Shown one piece after another: positions 28,130 to 37,984 of a DNA stretch of 64,000 nucleotides. Positions within the stretch are counted from its first letter, which is position 1. The number at the start of each line of letters is the position of its first letter. The notes beneath the pieces are model-generated. The model was not told the DNA's origin, searched no databases, and saw nothing but the letters and a program-made list of their open reading frames with translations. The position numbers were made by a program, and so were the translations under genes. Source of the stretch: Clostridia bacterium (GTDB taxonomy: Bacteria; Bacillota; Clostridia; Oscillospirales; Acutalibacteraceae); assembly GCA_017503135.1 (NCBI GenBank), contig JAFVTQ010000002.1, forward strand, positions 171,502-235,501. Reading direction: 5' to 3'.

Positions 28130-28293
28130 GAGGAGTCGAACCGATAGGTCTGAGCGTTAAGAAAACGATATGGTATATCGTTTTTAGCGAAGAGCACAAT
28201 GCGAATCCCCCATTCGCATTGTGAGTCTATAATTCGACTCCTGTCACGACCACCTAAGTACAACGGTTTTAATACAAATCGTTGTACTTTTTG
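28130..28293 (+). ncRNA. Candidate structured RNA or tRNA-derived remnant (function unknown)
   Basis: A 10 bp closing helix AGGAGTCGAA (28131-28140) / TTCGACTCCT (28233-28242) encloses two hairpins. These are 28162-28184 and a 12 bp perfect stem at 28195-28223. A terminator-like hairpin follows (AGTACAACG..CGTTGTACT plus T5, 28257-28293). Strand and function are uncertain. Confidence 0.3.
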
Positions 28294-28418
28294 TTTAATA
28301 AAAAGGCTCACCAAAACTAATTGGTGAGCCATCTTTTGACGTCGCTATCCCCTATTACATAAAACGCATGCAAAATACGAAAAAAATTGTGTGTATAGCG
28401 GTCAACAAGATATTCATT

Positions 28419-28533
28419 TTACCCTTATTCGGGTAATTCCATTTTATCATAGTTATATTATTAAAGTCAACCCGTATTCGGGTAATAGTTTATAAAATTG
28501 CGGTTATCATATTATTAACCCATAAATGGGTAA
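28419..28533. promoter_or_regulatory. Three spaced palindromic operator-like sites upstream of the small XRE gene
   Basis: TTACCCTTATTCGGGTAA (28419-28436), CAACCCGTATTCGGGTAA (28468-28485) and TAACCCATAAATGGGTAA (28516-28533). Centre-to-centre spacing is about 48-49 bp. The shared core is ACCC-N7-GGGTAA. Confidence 0.6.
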
Positions 28534-28555
28534 TGATTATGATGAGGTGCAAAAC

Positions 28556-28810
28556 ATGGAATACTCTGAAATTTATGTAAAACGCATCAAGTCCCTGTGT
28601 AAGCAAAGAGGAATTGCAATCAACAAACTTGCAACAATGAGTGGTGTTAATCAATCCACTCTTGATAACATTGTCAGAGGTATTACAAAAGACCCGCGAG
28701 TGAAAACACTCCACAATGTTGCAATCGCATTTAATATGACATTAGCCGAATTCCTCGATTTCGATGAACTCAACGATTATTCATTTGAAGACGATAATGA
28801 CGAAGAATAA
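28556..28810 (+). CDS. Small XRE/Cro-CI-type HTH regulator (84 aa)
   Basis: IKSLCKQRGIAINKLATMSGVNQSTLDNIVRG is an HTH_3/HTH_26 pattern. ATG 28556 is preceded by a GAGGTG RBS. The track start at 28526 lies inside operator site 3. Confidence 0.75.
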   Translation: MEYSEIYVKRIKSLCKQRGIAINKLATMSGVNQSTLDNIVRGITKDPRVKTLHNVAIAFNMTLAEFLDFDELNDYSFEDDNDEE

Positions 28811-28932
28811 ACTACACAAGCAACAGTTTTCGCTGTTGCTTTTATTTTTGTGGGATTTTTTATTATGAATATTTACAATATATAGGATTTTTGGTATTAT
28901 AAATATTAGAACAAAACACTTGAGGTGATATT

Positions 28933-30345
28933 ATGAGTAAAATTTCATTTGGTACTGGTGGTTGGCGTGCAATTATTGGTGAGGACTTTATTTGCGAAAA
29001 TGTGCGCAGAGTTGCAAAAGGTATAAGCCTTTTAATGCAAGAAGAAAAAAAGACAGAAAAGCCTGTAATTATTGGTTTTGACAGACGCTTTCTTTCTGAA
29101 AATGCTGCAAAATGGGTTGCAGAGGTGTTAGCTCACGATGGCGTAAATGTATTGTTTATGGACAGAAGTGTGCCTACTCCCCTTGTTATGCACACAGTTA
29201 AAGACCAGTGTCTTGATTTTGGTATTGAAATCACAGCGAGCCATAACCCATCAAGCTATAATGGTATTAAACTCATTATTGAAGAGGGACGTGACGCTCC
29301 CCTTGAAATCACAAATCATCTTGAAGAATTAATTGCTACAGTCGATGAAGTTGAATATACAGAATTTAGTATTGCAGTTGAGAAAGGGCTTGTTACATAT
29401 ATTAATAACCCATTCAACAAATTCCTTGATGATATTATCGGTCTTCTTGATATGAACGCACTCCGCAAACGTGGACTTCGTGTGCTTTTCGACTCAATGC
29501 ACGGTTCTGGCACATATCCATTACTTGTAATCTTCCACACAGCGAGATGCACAATAGATACAATCAATATTAACCGTGACGCATATTTTGGTGGCGTTAT
29601 GCCTGCACCATCTGAGAGAACATTGTTTACACTTCGCAATCAGGTTGTAAACGGTGGTTATGACTTTGGTATTGCAATGGATGGTGACGGTGACCGTCTT
29701 GGAATTATCGACGCAAACGGCAGCTATATCAACGCTAACGAAATTCTTTGTCTTCTCTATTATTATCTCGTTAAATATAAGGGTTGGCGTGGTCCTGTTG
29801 TCCGTAATCTTGCAACAACTCATATGCTTGATAAAATTGCAGAGAGCTTTGGTGAGAAATGCTATGAAGTTCCTGTTGGATTCAAATATATCTCATCAAA
29901 AATCGACGAAGTTGATGCAGTTCTCGGTGGTGAATCTTCAGGTGGTCTTACAGTTCGTGGCCACATTCACGGCAAAGACTCTGTTTATGCCGCATCACTT
30001 TTTGCAGAAATGGTCAGCGTTACTGGTAAATCTCCTACCCAGCTTCTTGACGAGCTCAAAAAAGAATTTGGTACATTTGTAATGGTTGAAGACGATATGC
30101 GTTTTGCACCTGAAGTTAAGCCAATAGTTAACAAGACACTTATGGTCGATAAACTCTTGCCAACATTTAAAGATGAAATCAAACGTGTTAACTATGAAGA
30201 TGGTTGCAAGGTTTATTTTGAAGACGGCTATGTAATCTGCCGTTTCTCAGGCACAGAGCCTCTTCTTCGCATCTTTGCAGAGAGTACAAACTCTGTTCGT
30301 GCAAAAGAATATATAGACACATTTAAGAAATTCTTGTTCAATTAA
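28933..30345 (+). CDS. Phosphohexomutase (phosphoglucomutase/phosphomannomutase family)
   Basis: Active-site loop GIEITASHNPSSYNGIK, metal loop AMDGDGDR, and sugar loop GGESSGG. Confidence 0.85.
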   Translation: MSKISFGTGGWRAIIGEDFICENVRRVAKGISLLMQEEKKTEKPVIIGFDRRFLSENAAKWVAEVLAHDGVNVLFMDRSVPTPLVMHTVKDQCLDFGIEITASHNPSSYNGIKLIIEEGRDAPLEITNHLEELIATVDEVEYTEFSIAVEKGLVTYINNPFNKFLDDIIGLLDMNALRKRGLRVLFDSMHGSGTYPLLVIFHTARCTIDTININRDAYFGGVMPAPSERTLFTLRNQVVNGGYDFGIAMDGDGDRLGIIDANGSYINANEILCLLYYYLVKYKGWRGPVVRNLATTHMLDKIAESFGEKCYEVPVGFKYISSKIDEVDAVLGGESSGGLTVRGHIHGKDSVYAASLFAEMVSVTGKSPTQLLDELKKEFGTFVMVEDDMRFAPEVKPIVNKTLMVDKLLPTFKDEIKRVNYEDGCKVYFEDGYVICRFSGTEPLLRIFAESTNSVRAKEYIDTFKKFLFN

Positions 30346-30356
30346 GGAGAAAATCA

Positions 30357-31853
30357 ATGAGTTCAAAAATCATTTATGACCAACCTTTTGACCATAAAGA
30401 ATACGGCTCAGAGCGCAACCGTATTCCTGCTCTTTACACACTCAATGACGGTAGTGTTATGGCAGGTGCTGATATTCGCTATGGTCACGGCTCAGACTCC
30501 CCTAATAACATTGATATTGCAGTTGCAATTTCAAAAGATGGTTATACTGACTGGAATTATATAATGGTCAACCATTTTGATGACTATGCAGACTTGGTTA
30601 CATCAACTGACAGTGCATCATTTATTGACTCTGTTCTTGTGCAATCAAGCACAAGAAGAATTTTTATGCTTGCCGATGCTCAGCCATCACAATGTGGCTA
30701 TCTTCAGGCAAAAACAGGCACAGGTTATTGCGAAATTAATGGCAAAAAGCATCTTCTTCTCACCAAAGGTAATAACGGTGACAAATTAAGCACCTTCAAC
30801 TTTTATGTTGGAGATTATGATGGTGATTTTGCTCCGGTTTTCACAAGAAATGACAACAAAATCACAGAATATTCTCTTGACCGCGAATTCCGCATTTATA
30901 AAAATGGTGAGCCACTTTACACAGAGCAAAAAGGCTCTGAAAATGTAAAAGTTCAACAGAATATTTTTTATAGTGCCGCTGACCTTAAATGCTATAAAAC
31001 AACATATTTATGGTTAAAATATTCTGATGACAATGGTAAAACCTGGAGCCATCCACAGATTATTTCAGGGCAAGTAAAAAAAGAAAAAGAATCATTTTTA
31101 GGTGTTGGTCCAGGTCGTGGTGTTGTAATTAATCACAACGGCAAAGAGAGAATAGTTTTCTGTGTTTATGATAACAACGGACTTTTCAAAGACCCTATTT
31201 TTGAAAATGCAAGTGCTATTTATTCTGACGACAATGGTGCAACCTGGCACAGAAGCAACAAAATAGAAGTTAAAAAAGGTATAAGAAAAACAAGTGAAGC
31301 ACAGCTTGTAAAAATCGAGGGCGAAAACTATAAAGCACTTCGTATGTATGCAAGAAATCTAAGCAACTACATAGCTTATGCTGACAGCACAGATGGTGGC
31401 GAAACTTGGACAACATTCCGTGCAGACAAGTCTCTTGAAGGCACAAAAAACTGTATGGTTTCACTTATGGAAACCTCAAGAAAAATCCAAGATAAGCAAG
31501 TCATTCTCTGCTCTGCCGGTGGCAGTCTTAAAGCGAGAGCTGACGGTGTGCTTCGTGTTGGTCTCACTGAAGATGATGGTCAAATCAATTGGATTAGCAC
31601 ATATCATTTAACTCAGGGATTTTATGGATATTCTTGTCTTACCGAGCTTTCTGACGGCAATTTTGCAGTTTTCTATGAGGATGAAGCTGCACATCTTAAA
31701 TACACAATTTTCAATGTATCAGATGACGGTGCAATCAACGAAGTCAATGGCGAAAACCTTGACTTCAAGCCGGATAATTCACCAAAAGCTATAAAATCAA
31801 TTAAAACAAAACGAGCTATCGCTAACATAAAATTCAAGTTAGGATTAATGTAA
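30357..31853 (+). CDS. Sialidase-like six-bladed beta-propeller glycosidase (GH33-like, BNR/Asp-box), no signal peptide
   Basis: RIP motif (ERNRIPALY) plus Asp-boxes YSDDNGKTW, YSDDNGATW and STDGGETW. The N-terminus has no hydrophobic leader. Confidence 0.7.
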   Translation: MSSKIIYDQPFDHKEYGSERNRIPALYTLNDGSVMAGADIRYGHGSDSPNNIDIAVAISKDGYTDWNYIMVNHFDDYADLVTSTDSASFIDSVLVQSSTRRIFMLADAQPSQCGYLQAKTGTGYCEINGKKHLLLTKGNNGDKLSTFNFYVGDYDGDFAPVFTRNDNKITEYSLDREFRIYKNGEPLYTEQKGSENVKVQQNIFYSAADLKCYKTTYLWLKYSDDNGKTWSHPQIISGQVKKEKESFLGVGPGRGVVINHNGKERIVFCVYDNNGLFKDPIFENASAIYSDDNGATWHRSNKIEVKKGIRKTSEAQLVKIEGENYKALRMYARNLSNYIAYADSTDGGETWTTFRADKSLEGTKNCMVSLMETSRKIQDKQVILCSAGGSLKARADGVLRVGLTEDDGQINWISTYHLTQGFYGYSCLTELSDGNFAVFYEDEAAHLKYTIFNVSDDGAINEVNGENLDFKPDNSPKAIKSIKTKRAIANIKFKLGLM

Positions 31854-31866
31854 TCAGGATATTATT

Positions 31867-32775
31867 ATGGCATATTTATTCACACATTTTACAGAAAACA
31901 AAGGCGACCAAGAATATGTCTGGTTTGCAGTGAGTCGTGACGGTCTTCATTTCACAGATTTGGGCAGTGACGAGTCGTTACTCAAGTCAAAGCTTGGCAC
32001 AAAGGGTGTGCGCGACCCATTCATTCTCTATGACGAAAAGCTAAAGAAATATTTTATAATCGCAACTGATTTGCTCACCACAAGTGGTAATTGGTATAAC
32101 TTTTCGCATAAGGGCAGTCGCTCAATTATTGTGTGGGAAAGTGAAGATTTAATCAACTGGTCAGAAGAAAGACTTTGCCAAGTTGGTATTAAAAATGCAG
32201 GTTGCGTTTGGGCGCCTGAGGCAGTTTTCTGCAAAGAAAAAGATGCTTGGCTTGTGTTTTTTGCATCTTGTGTGCGTGAAAAGGGTCAGCTTCATCACAA
32301 ACAGAGAATTTATGGCACATTCACAAAGGATTTTAAAGAATTTACACCTGCATTCAAATTTATTGATGCAAAAACCGACGTTATTGACACAAATATTGTT
32401 TGGGATAAAGGCTATTACTATAGATTTTCAAAAGATGAAACCCACAAGAAAATCACTATCGAGAGAAGTGAGCTTCTTATTGACGGAAATTGGGAATCAA
32501 TTCACTCAAATGTTTTTGCAAACTTTTTCGGACTTGAGGGCCCTGAAACATACTATCTTGATGATATGCAAAAATGGTGTCTGATTGCCGACCAATATCA
32601 CACTCACAAGGGTTATACACCTTTTGTTTGTGATGATTTGAGCACAGGCAATTTCGTGCAACTTGATGAAAACCAATTCAGTATGGGCAAACGCAAAAAG
32701 CGTCACGGTGGTGTTATTAAAATCACCGACGAGCAATATGACAAACTCGTTGAAACTTTTGGTATAGATGAATAA
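31867..32775 (+). CDS. Glycoside hydrolase family 43-like (five-bladed propeller)
   Basis: GVRDPFILYDEKLKKYFIIATDL and GCVWAPEAVF fit GH43 catalytic Asp blade patterns. Confidence 0.65.
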   Translation: MAYLFTHFTENKGDQEYVWFAVSRDGLHFTDLGSDESLLKSKLGTKGVRDPFILYDEKLKKYFIIATDLLTTSGNWYNFSHKGSRSIIVWESEDLINWSEERLCQVGIKNAGCVWAPEAVFCKEKDAWLVFFASCVREKGQLHHKQRIYGTFTKDFKEFTPAFKFIDAKTDVIDTNIVWDKGYYYRFSKDETHKKITIERSELLIDGNWESIHSNVFANFFGLEGPETYYLDDMQKWCLIADQYHTHKGYTPFVCDDLSTGNFVQLDENQFSMGKRKKRHGGVIKITDEQYDKLVETFGIDE

Positions 32776-32780
32776 ATTTT

Positions 32781-32812
32781 AAAAAGCTGTTCATATAAGA
32801 ACAGCTTTTTTT
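32781..32812 (+). terminator. Intrinsic terminator
   Basis: AAAAAGCTGTTC-atataa-GAACAGCTTTTTTT. Confidence 0.75.
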
Positions 32813-32950
32813 GTTATATAAATTGAAAAATGTGCAACAAAAAAATAATGAAAAATATCAAAATACCTATTTATTATTTCGCAAATTTAGTGTACAATAA
32901 TATGGATAATGGGAATTTATATTTAATTGTATATAAATCGAGGTAAAATT

Positions 32951-34222
32951 ATGTTTGTTGATATTGCTAAAATCAAAATAAAAGCTGGTGACGGCGGTAA
33001 CGGTGCAGTTGCATTTCACCGTGAAAAATACATCAATGCAGGTGGTCCTGATGGTGGTGACGGTGGTCGCGGTGGTAACATTGTTTTCAAAGTTGATGAC
33101 AATCTCTCTACCCTTGCCGACTTCCGTTACAAAAGAAAATATAAGGCAGAAGCAGGCGCTAACGGTAGCGGTGGCAAGCGTAGTGGTAAAAAAGGACAAG
33201 ACTTAATCATCAAAGTCCCTCGTGGCACAATTATTCGCGAGGTTGAGAGCGGCGTTATTATGGCTGATATGTCAACTGATGATGAATTTATCGGCGCAAA
33301 GGGTGGCCGTGGTGGTTGGGGTAACTCACACTTTGCAACATCAACCCGTCAGACACCTAAATTTGCTAAAAACGGTGCTCCCGGTGAAGAATGGGAAGTT
33401 TCACTTGAACTTAAACTCATTGCAGATGTGGGACTTTTAGGCTTTCCTAATGTGGGCAAATCTTCACTTATCTCAGTGGTTAGCCAAGCAAAACCAATTG
33501 TTGGTGACTATCATTTCACAACAATTATCCCTGTTTTGGGTGTTGTTTCAATGGGTCCTGAAAAGAGTTTTGTTATGGCAGATATTCCAGGTCTTATTGA
33601 AGGTGCTGCAGAAGGCATCGGTCTTGGTCACGAATTTTTGCGTCATGTTGAACGTTGCAGAATGTTAGTTCACGTTGTTGACGTTGCAGGTAGCGAAGGC
33701 AGAAATCCAATCGAAGATTTTGAAGCTATCAACGCAGAATTAGAAAAGTTTAATCCTGAGTTGGCAAAATGCCCACAGATTGTAGCAGGTAATAAAATCG
33801 ACCTTGCAACTGACGAGCAATTAGCAGAATTCCGTGAGTATATTGAGTCAAAAGGTTACGAATACTATGAAATAGTAGCACCAATTAAGCACAATACACA
33901 AGAACTCATAAATGCAGTGGCAAGAAAACTTGATACTCTCCCCCCTGTTAAATTCTATGAGAGTGAAGAAATCCCAATGGAAGTTATTGCAAGTAAGTCT
34001 AACGACGGATTCACCGTTACTGTTGAAGATGGTGTTTATATTGTTGAAGCAGAATGGATTTATCGAATTCTTTGCAAAACTGACCTTGACGACTATGAAT
34101 CACTTCAATATTTCCAGAGAGTTATTCAGGAACGTGGTGTAATTCAGGCACTTATCGACAAAGGTATTCAGGAGGGTGACACAGTCAGCATCTATGACTT
34201 AGAGTTTGACTATGTTCCATAA
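32951..34222 (+). CDS. obg: GTPase Obg/CgtA
   Basis: MFVDIAKIKIKAGDGGNGAVAFHREK..., the G domain GFPNVGKSSL and DIPGLIEGA, plus a C-terminal OCT domain. ATG 32951 follows a GAGGT RBS. Confidence 0.95.
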   Translation: MFVDIAKIKIKAGDGGNGAVAFHREKYINAGGPDGGDGGRGGNIVFKVDDNLSTLADFRYKRKYKAEAGANGSGGKRSGKKGQDLIIKVPRGTIIREVESGVIMADMSTDDEFIGAKGGRGGWGNSHFATSTRQTPKFAKNGAPGEEWEVSLELKLIADVGLLGFPNVGKSSLISVVSQAKPIVGDYHFTTIIPVLGVVSMGPEKSFVMADIPGLIEGAAEGIGLGHEFLRHVERCRMLVHVVDVAGSEGRNPIEDFEAINAELEKFNPELAKCPQIVAGNKIDLATDEQLAEFREYIESKGYEYYEIVAPIKHNTQELINAVARKLDTLPPVKFYESEEIPMEVIASKSNDGFTVTVEDGVYIVEAEWIYRILCKTDLDDYESLQYFQRVIQERGVIQALIDKGIQEGDTVSIYDLEFDYVP

Positions 34223-34649
34223 AAATATGAGATTATATAATAAAGATATAAAAGCGGACACATTGAGTCCTTTAACACTTGCTTTTACGGGTGACGCAGT
34301 ATTCTCGCTTTTTATTCGTGAAATGTTAGTCTGTGATGCCAACCGTCCCGTTGGCGAGTTACATAAACTTTCGGTTCAATCTGTTAAAGCGTCGGCGCAA
34401 GCTCGTGCTATGCGAGAGATTATGCCAATGCTCACAGAAAAAGAGATGGATGTTTTCAAACGTGGCAGAAATGCACACACATCACACACTCCCAAGAACC
34501 AAAGTGGATGTGACTATCATTATGCAACGGGTTTTGAGGCACTTGTCGGTTATTTATATTTAAAGGACGAAAAAGAAAGACTCAACACATTACTTAATGA
34601 AGTCATCAAAATCTTCGGAGATGACGCAGGTGAAAATACACCGAAATAA
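34206..34649 (+). CDS. mrnC: Mini-ribonuclease III
   Basis: LAFTGDAVFSLFIRE...RGRN....PKN...YHYATGFEALVGYLYL is the Mini-III signature. The start is uncertain (TTG 34206, ATG 34212 or ATG 34227). Confidence 0.85.
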   Translation: MTMFHKNMRLYNKDIKADTLSPLTLAFTGDAVFSLFIREMLVCDANRPVGELHKLSVQSVKASAQARAMREIMPMLTEKEMDVFKRGRNAHTSHTPKNQSGCDYHYATGFEALVGYLYLKDEKERLNTLLNEVIKIFGDDAGENTPK

Positions 34650-35487
34650 AGTTAAAGAGTTTTTAATTGACACATTCATTTTTGTTATTGGTGGAATTCT
34701 CTATTCAGTTGCCATTAACTGTTTTCTGTCAAAAAACAATATTCTAAATGGTGGTTTTACTGGGATTGCAACAATTCTCAACTACCTGTTTCAGTTACCC
34801 ATAGGTACAGTTATTTTTATAATGAATATTCCCCTTTTCTTTATTGCCTTTAAAAAACTTGGGGTTAGATTTGTTCTTCGCACTGTTTGGGCAACACTTA
34901 TAAACTCAGCTTGTATTGATTTGGGTGTGATTTTGCCCGTATATCAGAACGATTTGTTGCTCTCATCCCTTTTTGGTGGAGCGCTTGTAGGCCTTGCACT
35001 TGGAATAATATTTATTCGCAATGCCACAACCGGTGGTGTTGATATTATTGCAAAGCTTATTAAACTTCGTTTTCCACACATTTCAATAGGACGAAGTATA
35101 TTGTTCTTCGATATTTTCGTTGTTATTCTAGGTGGAATTATATACAGAAACTTTGAATCAATGCTCTATGCTTCCGTGGTTATTTTTGTCAGCGCACAGG
35201 TGCTTGACTATGTAATATTCGGTGTCAGTCGTGGTGCTATGATTTTAATTATTTCAGAGCAAAGTGAAAAGCTTTGCAATATGATTATCAATGACCTTGA
35301 CCGTGGTGTTACCATTTTAAAGGCACAAGGTGGATATTCAAAAGCCGACAAAGACGTGCTTTTGTGCGCTTGTTTTGATAATCAGACACATAAACTTATT
35401 AAAAAAATAAAATCTGCCGACGAAAATGCTTTTTTCATTGTGACACAATCAAAGCAAATTCTCGGTAATGGATTTATGAAAATGTAA
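34597..35487 (+). CDS. YitT-family membrane protein (DUF2179 C-terminal domain)
   Basis: Multiple TM segments with GGFTGIA and TTGGVDII motifs and a C-terminal DUF2179-like VTILKAQGGYS. The start is uncertain (34597, 34621, or GTG 34630 behind GGAG). Confidence 0.75.
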   Translation: MKSSKSSEMTQVKIHRNKVKEFLIDTFIFVIGGILYSVAINCFLSKNNILNGGFTGIATILNYLFQLPIGTVIFIMNIPLFFIAFKKLGVRFVLRTVWATLINSACIDLGVILPVYQNDLLLSSLFGGALVGLALGIIFIRNATTGGVDIIAKLIKLRFPHISIGRSILFFDIFVVILGGIIYRNFESMLYASVVIFVSAQVLDYVIFGVSRGAMILIISEQSEKLCNMIINDLDRGVTILKAQGGYSKADKDVLLCACFDNQTHKLIKKIKSADENAFFIVTQSKQILGNGFMKM

Positions 35488-35502
35488 TTGAGAGGTGCTT
35501 TT

Positions 35503-36156
35503 GTGAAAATAAACAAATTCACTTTTTTACCCTTATTAGCTCTTTTAATCGGCGTTTTCTTTCTAGGATTAGGCATTTATGAAACTGCTACATCCCAGAC
35601 AAAAGATTATGCCGAGACTGTTGGGTATTATAATGATTCAACAATAGCTGAATTTGAGCATTATGACTCTATCAAAAAGAAGCACTATGCAACTACATAT
35701 TATCTCACATATCAATATGCAGTTGACGGTGAAGTATATTATGTTACAAGTGATTACACAACAGCCATTGAACCATCATACGGTGAAGAGATTAAAGTGT
35801 TATATGACACCGAAAACCCCGAAAAAGCAGTAATTGGTGGACCTGCAAAGAGAAGCAATTTCTTAATATTTTTCGGCATTTTCTTTATTCTCGGTACACT
35901 TCCATTTTTAGTTGTTCTTTTTGGGAACAATAAACAATCACCAAAGGTTGATAAAATGGGGATTCTTATGGGCTCTATTTTAGCCGTTATGGGCTATGGT
36001 ATGTTGGGAGTTATTTGCGGTGGCTTTTCCCCTGTTACTATTTTTAATTATATTGAGTCTTCATTCGCTTTTCCTATGATTATTCTATTTTTAATGATTT
36101 TTGCAGGTGTATTTGCAGTTATTAAAAGTATATTTTTCTATAAAACACAAGACTAA
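35503..36156 (+). CDS. DUF3592-type membrane protein
   Basis: An N-terminal TM, then the pattern YYLTYQYAVDGEVYYVTSDY...IKVLYDTENPEKAV, then C-terminal TMs. GTG 35503 follows an AGAGGTG RBS. Confidence 0.6.
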   Translation: MKINKFTFLPLLALLIGVFFLGLGIYETATSQTKDYAETVGYYNDSTIAEFEHYDSIKKKHYATTYYLTYQYAVDGEVYYVTSDYTTAIEPSYGEEIKVLYDTENPEKAVIGGPAKRSNFLIFFGIFFILGTLPFLVVLFGNNKQSPKVDKMGILMGSILAVMGYGMLGVICGGFSPVTIFNYIESSFAFPMIILFLMIFAGVFAVIKSIFFYKTQD

Positions 36157-36175
36157 TTTCTATAAGAGGTAATAT

Positions 36176-37984
36176 ATGGCAAAGAAAGAAAACATCAGAA
36201 ATTTTTCAATTATCGCTCACATTGACCACGGCAAGTCTACCCTTGCTGACAGACTTTTGGAGCTTACCGAAACAGTTTCAAAACGTGATATGACAGAGCA
36301 ATTACTTGATAATATGGATTTGGAGCGTGAGCGTGGTATCACAATTAAGGCTCACGCCGTTAAGCTCGACTATAAGGCACAAGACGGTGAAACTTATGAG
36401 CTTAACCTTATTGACACTCCCGGTCACGTTGACTTTAACTATGAAGTGTCCCGTTCACTTGCTGCTTGCGAAGGCGCGGTGCTTATTATTGACGCATCTC
36501 AAGGCGTTGAGGCGCAGACACTTGCTAATACATATTTAGCACTTGACCACGACCTTGAGTTAGTGCCTGTTATCAACAAGATTGACTTGCCTGCCGCTGA
36601 CCCTGACAGAGTTGCAAACGAAGTTGAAGAAGTAATCGGACTCCCTTGCGATGAAGCACCAAGAGTTTCTGCAAAGACAGGTGAAAATATCGGTGCGGTG
36701 CTTGAAAGCATAGTTAGTCTTGTACCACCACCTGAAAATAATGACGACAAACCACTTCGTGCCCTTGTTTTTGACTCTGTTTATGACAGTTATAAAGGTG
36801 TTATCGTTTATGTGCGTGTTATGGACGGTAAAATCAAACCCGGTGACACAATGCGTATGATGGCAACAGGTGCAGAATTTACAGTTGTTGAAGTTGGTTA
36901 TATGCGTCCTAACGCTATGGAACCACAAAAAGAACTCACATCAGGTGAAGTTGGTTATATCACAGCATCAATTAAAACTGTCAGTGATGCTCGTGTTGGT
37001 GACACAGTTACTACTGCTGAAAACTCAGCAAGTGAAGCATTAGCAGGTTACAGAAAGGTTAATCCAATGGTGTTCTGTGGTGTTTATCCTGCTGACGGTG
37101 CTGACTATGAAAACTTGCGTGAAGCGTTAGAAAAATTGCAATTAAATGACGCTGCACTCTCTTTTGAGCCTGAAACATCAGGTGCTCTTGGTTTCGGTTT
37201 CCGCTGTGGTTTCTTGGGACTTTTACACCTTGAAATCATTCAAGAGCGACTTGAAAGAGAATACAACCTTGACCTTGTTACAACAATTCCAAGTGTTATT
37301 TATAAAGTTCACCTTACAAATGGTGATGTTATTGAAATTGACAACCCAAGTAATTATCCTGACCCTGCGGTTATTGACTATTGCGAAGAGCCAACTGTTG
37401 AGGCGCATATTTATGCTCCACCTGAATATATTGGTGCGATTATGAATCTTTGTCAGGACAGACGCGGTGTTTATGTAAACACAACTCACTTGGCATCTGA
37501 CCGTGTTGATTTACATTACATTTTGCCACTTAACGAAATTATTTATGACTTTTTCGATGTGCTTAAATCCCGTACTCGCGGTTATGCCTCATTCGACTAT
37601 GAAATGAGCCAATATCAGCGTTCAAGTATTATTAAACTTGATGTGCTCTTAAACGGTGATATTATTGACGCACTTTCATTTATGATTCATAGTGAAAAAG
37701 CCTATGCAAAGGCTCGTCGCATTGCAGAAAAGCTTAAGGATAATATTCCACGCCAGATGTTTGAAATTCCAATTCAGATGGCTATCGGTGGCAAGGTTAT
37801 TGCTCGTGAAACCGTTAAGGCTATGCGAAAAGATGTTCTTGCAAAGTGCTATGGCGGTGACATCACTCGTAAAAAGAAATTGCTTGAAAAACAGAAAGAA
37901 GGTAAAAAGCGCATGCGCCACTTTGGTACTGTTGAAGTGCCACAAGAAGCATTCATGGCTGTGCTTAAACTTGATGATGAATAA
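36176..37984 (+). CDS. lepA: Elongation factor 4
   Basis: [21 protein letters not shown]...DTPGHVDF...NKIDL and the LepA C-terminal domain. Confidence 0.95.
   Translation: MAKKENIRNFSIIAHIDHGKSTLADRLLELTETVSKRDMTEQLLDNMDLERERGITIKAHAVKLDYKAQDGETYELNLIDTPGHVDFNYEVSRSLAACEGAVLIIDASQGVEAQTLANTYLALDHDLELVPVINKIDLPAADPDRVANEVEEVIGLPCDEAPRVSAKTGENIGAVLESIVSLVPPPENNDDKPLRALVFDSVYDSYKGVIVYVRVMDGKIKPGDTMRMMATGAEFTVVEVGYMRPNAMEPQKELTSGEVGYITASIKTVSDARVGDTVTTAENSASEALAGYRKVNPMVFCGVYPADGADYENLREALEKLQLNDAALSFEPETSGALGFGFRCGFLGLLHLEIIQERLEREYNLDLVTTIPSVIYKVHLTNGDVIEIDNPSNYPDPAVIDYCEEPTVEAHIYAPPEYIGAIMNLCQDRRGVYVNTTHLASDRVDLHYILPLNEIIYDFFDVLKSRTRGYASFDYEMSQYQRSSIIKLDVLLNGDIIDALSFMIHSEKAYAKARRIAEKLKDNIPRQMFEIPIQMAIGGKVIARETVKAMRKDVLAKCYGGDITRKKKLLEKQKEGKKRMRHFGTVEVPQEAFMAVLKLDDE

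Noticed and set aside
27976-28332. 118 aa minus-strand ORF from the track
   Set aside because: It is laid over the tRNA-Pro gene, its terminator and the hairpin-rich region. It has no RBS and the composition is driven by the RNA structures.
28003-28810. Integrated prophage or ICE at tRNA-Pro
   Set aside because: The duplicated tRNA 3' end is only 177 bp from the gene. No integrase, excisionase or structural genes follow. Only an orphan XRE regulator is present, so at most this is a scar (see the finding).
37692-37973. N-terminal 94 aa of track ORF 37692-38459
   Set aside because: This part is an out-of-frame overlap with the conserved 3' end of lepA. The YbaK-like homology begins only at the ATGATG at 37974.
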